This document shows positions 60,819 through 64,000 of a DNA stretch of 64,000 nt, one piece after another. Within the stretch, counting starts at the first letter, position 1. Each line of letters opens with the position of its first letter. Source of the stretch: Pirellulales bacterium (GTDB lineage Bacteria; Planctomycetota; Planctomycetia; Pirellulales; PALSA-1355); assembly GCA_963733035.1 (NCBI GenBank), contig CAVTBU010000005.1:160001-224000 (forward strand). Direction: 5' to 3'. Position numbers and translations under genes: made by a program. A model generated the notes under the pieces. The model was not told the origin of the DNA and searched no databases. It was given only the letters and a program-made list of their open reading frames with translations.

Positions 60819-61213
60819 ACGAGCCGTCAATCACCACCCCGAAGTGCGACGCACCTTTCGCTTACGATGGGCTCGAGCGCGTGATTCACGAGAAAGCTCG
60901 ACTCGGAATCCTGTCGTCTCTCATCGCGCATGCCGAGGGATTGGCGTTTTCCAACTTGAAACAGCTGTGCGCCCTCACTGACGGAAATCTGAATCGTCAT
61001 TTACAGGTGCTGCAAGAAGCCGGATTGGTTGACGTTCGCAAGGAGACCAGCAACAAGCGCCCACAGACGCTCTGTCGCCTGACCAGCGAGGGTCGTCGCC
61101 GCTTCGCCGAATATATCGGCGTGCTTGAGCAGATCGTTAGCGACGCGATGGGCGCCCACGCCCGCAGCGCGGTAGCGATCCATCCGTTGGGCAAAGGCTT
61201 CATGCCAACCTGA
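60815..61213 (+). CDS. Winged-helix transcriptional regulator (HTH_34-like)
   Basis: LERVIHEKARLGILSSL, F..LK..C.LTDGNL.RHL..L.EAG.V, T.C.LT..GR..F..Y. Confidence 0.88.
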   Translation: MNEPSITTPKCDAPFAYDGLERVIHEKARLGILSSLIAHAEGLAFSNLKQLCALTDGNLNRHLQVLQEAGLVDVRKETSNKRPQTLCRLTSEGRRRFAEYIGVLEQIVSDAMGAHARSAVAIHPLGKGFMPT

Positions 61214-61290
61214 CTTGGCGCCGCGGGGCGCGGAACGTGTCGACCGCTGCCTTCCAAGTGACAAACCGCCAGGGATCTCTTACCGCCAAC

Positions 61291-61309
61291 TACTTTGCAT
61301 TACAAAGCA
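61291..61309 (+). promoter_or_regulatory. wHTH operator, copy 2
   Basis: TACTTTGCATTACAAAGCA, 17 of 19 positions identical to 60161-60179, ending 7 nt before ATG 61317. Confidence 0.7.
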
Positions 61310-61316
61310 ACATCCC

Positions 61317-62482
61317 ATGAAAACCTATGACGTGGTCGTGGTCGGAGCGGGACTAGCCGGCCTGCAGTGCACGCGGCTACTGGCCGGGCACGGTCTGCAC
61401 GTGCTGCTTGTCGACCGGAAACAATCGCTCGACGAAGCGGTGCACACCACGGGCATCTTCGTGCGCCGCTCGCTCGAAGATTTCGCCCTGCCTGCCGCGC
61501 ACCTGGGACCGCCTATCCGTCACGTGACGATCTACTCGCCCGGACGGCGCCGGCTTGACTTTGCCAGCGCCGAGACGAATTCCGCATCGGACGCATGGGT
61601 CCGCTCTATCAGCGATTGTTGAAGGACTGCCGCGCGGCCGGCGCCGATTGGCTCCCGGCGACAAGTTTTCTGGCTGCATCGCCCAGCCACAACGGCTCGC
61701 GTGTGGTTCTGCGTACAGCGGGCGCGGACGAGGCCGTCACTGCTCGAATGCTGGTCGGCGCAGACGGCACGAACTCTCGCGTGGCACGGGAACTGGGCCT
61801 GAGTGAGAATCGTCGCTGGATCGTCGGCCTGGAAGAAGTTTTCGAGACTCCCACTAACGATCGCGCACCGCGCTTGCATTGCTTCTTTGACCGTCGTGTT
61901 GCCCCTGGCTATATCGCCTGGATTGCAGACGATGGTACCAGTGTTCACGTCGGTGTCGGCGGCTATGCCGAGCGGTTCCAGCCTGCCTTGGCGCTTGCGG
62001 AGTTTCGCGAGAGCATTCATTCAGTTGTAAATCTTAACGACGCGCAACTTTTGGAGCGACGCGGAGGACGAATTCCGGTTGGGGGCGTGTTGCCTCGATT
62101 GATCAATCGTCGCGGACTGCTGTTGGGGGACGCCGCTGGTGCCGTATCGCCGCTAACCGCCGGCGGGCTCGATCCGTGCCTGCGGCTTTCCGAACTGGCC
62201 GCCACGACGGCAAACCGCTTTCTCGCCACTGGCGATGAAAGCTGCCTGTCTGCCTACGACGGACGACAGTTCCGTCAAAAGTTTCGTGCGCGGCGAGCAC
62301 TGCGGGCCGTGTACGACCTGGCCGGTTCCAACCTGCTACTCGAACTTGGCTGCGCGGCGCTGAGAACGTCACTTGGTCGACGTGCCGCCCGGAAAATATT
62401 CTTTGGCAACGGCTCCTTTCCGGATGTCATTGCAAGTGCCAAGCCAGGGGCCTTGCTTCCGCCCGCTCGCAGAGCGACCTAG
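61317..62482 (+). CDS. NAD(P)/FAD-dependent oxidoreductase (geranylgeranyl reductase-like); apparent frameshift near 61572
   Basis: YDVVVVGAGLAG; VGADG..SRVA; GDAAGAVSPLTAGG; split across ORFs 61215..61622 and 61595..62482. Confidence 0.85.
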
Positions 62483-62501
62483 TCGAGCAACTTGTCGGAA
62501 C

Positions 62502-63350
62502 TCACCCCTCCAATCCCAGCAGTCGCAAACTGTCGCGATGGATCATTGCGTCGAGTTCCCGCTCGTCGAGACGTGGGAAAGCCGTACCCGCGAGCATCTG
62601 ATTGAGCGTGCGGAGGCCGTCGATCGACGCATTAACCGTTGTGAACGGATAATCGCTGCCGAACAACACTTTGTCCCAGACGCCGTATTCCTGAACGAGC
62701 ATCAGGCTGTGATAGAGCTGGAACGGGCGGTAATGAAGTGCGCTAATGTCGGCATAGACGTGTGGATGTTTGCGGATCACCGCCACACATTCGCCTTCAT
62801 AAGGGTGCCCCAGATGTGCAAGTATCATCTTTACGCGAGGATAGCGCGTCGCCACTCGGTCGAGATGCCTCGGCAGCGTGAACTCGAGTACGGACTGCGA
62901 AACAAAAGTCGTGCCCGCGTGCAACAGCACCGGCAATCCCTGGTCCGAGGCATAAGACCAAAGTGGATTGAGCAAGTCGTCATCCGGACGGAACCCGGCA
63001 TACATCGGCAACAGCTTGATGCCTCGCAGGCCGAGCTTCCGGTGCCCCTCATGCATCTCGTCGTGCCAGCCGTCCTGCGTGGGGTCGACCGATAGAAAAC
63101 CAACTAGCGTGTCTGGGTGCTCGGCAGCGTACTGGGCAACGTAGCTGTCGTCGACCCACAGCCCGCTAAGCCGCGCCTTGCCACCGAAGACGATAGTTCG
63201 AACGTCTTCTGGGCAACTGGCGCGATAGTCTTCGTACCGCACCGCGAGGTCGACGTCTTCGGCTGGTTTTGCCCGTTTTGTCTGCGTGACGAAATCACTA
63301 CCAAAGTGCTGGGGAAAACTCCAGGCGTGACTATGGACATCAACAATCAT
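62502..63350 (-). CDS. Amidohydrolase_2 family metal-dependent hydrolase/decarboxylase
   Basis: IVDVHSH, GLRGIKL, PVLLHAG, ILAHLGHP, VYADIS, LFGSDYP. Confidence 0.9.
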   Translation of the reverse strand: MIVDVHSHAWSFPQHFGSDFVTQTKRAKPAEDVDLAVRYEDYRASCPEDVRTIVFGGKARLSGLWVDDSYVAQYAAEHPDTLVGFLSVDPTQDGWHDEMHEGHRKLGLRGIKLLPMYAGFRPDDDLLNPLWSYASDQGLPVLLHAGTTFVSQSVLEFTLPRHLDRVATRYPRVKMILAHLGHPYEGECVAVIRKHPHVYADISALHYRPFQLYHSLMLVQEYGVWDKVLFGSDYPFTTVNASIDGLRTLNQMLAGTAFPRLDERELDAMIHRDSLRLLGLEG

Positions 63351-63396
63351 GGCTGACACCAGGCCAAGCATTGGGCCGGGGAAGCAACTAGCGCAT

Positions 63397-63439
63397 AAAT
63401 TACCCCGGCGCGGGGTGGTGTCAAACCCGCGCGCCGGGG
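63397..63439 (-). promoter_or_regulatory. Candidate amidohydrolase promoter embedded in a GC-rich inverted repeat
   Basis: Minus strand: TTGACA (63424-63419), 16 nt, TAATTT (63402-63397); repeat arms 63403-63416 and 63425-63439. Confidence 0.5.
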
Positions 63440-63668
63440 CGTCCCTGGTAGTTACTCTTGTATTCGATGCTCAGCGACAGAGCTTGGTTCACGAATCGAA
63501 CGATTTTTCGAACGTCCGAAGTCCATCCTCGTTCGAACACAGAAAAGAATAGTTCCACAGGCCAGTACCCCTTCCGGCCGCGAAAAGATTCAACTGCGGG
63601 GAAAAACTTTGCACTTTCCGGAACGCATTGCCACAACGCGCACTTTGGGAACCTTCGTGAGCGTGCGA

Positions 63669-63998
63669 TCACTCGACCGAAGCTGAATCGGCACTGGCAG
63701 TTGCGATATGCCCTGCGGTCAGACGAGTTCGCTCCAGCGAGTCGGTGTTCTCCACCAAAACGATCTTCGCCATCCCGTCGCGATAGTTTGGAAGCAGCTG
63801 GGTGGCATTTTGACCAACCTCCCAATTTGGAATGGGTATGAACTGCGCCGGTTGGTTTCCAGATGCCCAAGTCCCACTTGGCACGCGCGACAGCGTCGCA
63901 GGTGCGCCTAGGGCCACGGGGACAATTCGCACGTCCGGCCGCATTGTCTGGGAGATGAGCTCGTATTGCGATTCGTCCCGCAACCGTGCTGGCACGGC
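63669..63998 (-). CDS. Probable 3' end of a hypothetical protein running off the window
   Basis: Frame is open to the window edge; no recognised motif. Confidence 0.35.
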   Translation of the reverse strand, partial: AVPARLRDESQYELISQTMRPDVRIVPVALGAPATLSRVPSGTWASGNQPAQFIPIPNWEVGQNATQLLPNYRDGMAKIVLVENTDSLERTRLTAGHIATASADSASVE

Positions 63999-64000
63999 TG

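Noticed and set aside
845..61600. Programmed frameshifting or genuine pseudogenes at the split genes
   Set aside because: No slippery heptamers noticed, no in-frame stops or other decay, and catalytic motifs are intact on both sides; assembly error is simpler.
1..64000. CRISPR arrays, tRNA/rRNA, IS elements, integrases, prophage or defence genes
   Set aside because: No spaced direct repeats, RNA-gene signatures, or transposase/integrase/nuclease motifs found by eye; short or divergent elements could have been missed.

Overview
A GC-rich, gene-dense window that almost certainly comes from a planctomycete (Pirellulales-like). The evidence is two DUF1549/DUF1553 + DUF1501 pairs, a BBP7-type beta-barrel, a multi-N-domain secretin, a sulfatase, a formylglycine-generating enzyme and many exported proteins. 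In order it holds: the end of a T2SS/T4P-like cluster; a carbamoyltransferase cassette; a TetR gene with two redoxin-heme c-copper monooxygenase paralogs; two DUF1553/DUF1501 pairs around an alkylglycerol monooxygenase-like gene; ackA-xfp; marR; mlrC-rraA; PilZ; fadL; P450-TetR; carbohydrate and lipid enzymes; an HATPase-GNAT fusion; and a membrane protein-wHTH-flavoenzyme unit with two operator copies. I found no rRNA, tRNA, CRISPR array or mobile element. Six otherwise intact genes carry seven small frameshifts, all at or near GCGC, which are probably long-read errors. The top hypothesis is a soluble carbamoyl relay: a carbamoyltransferase, a small protein ending in a DltX/DUF5989-like YxxF-COOH motif, a CPYA protein and an SGNH enzyme. 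All family calls come from reading motifs by eye, not from database searches.
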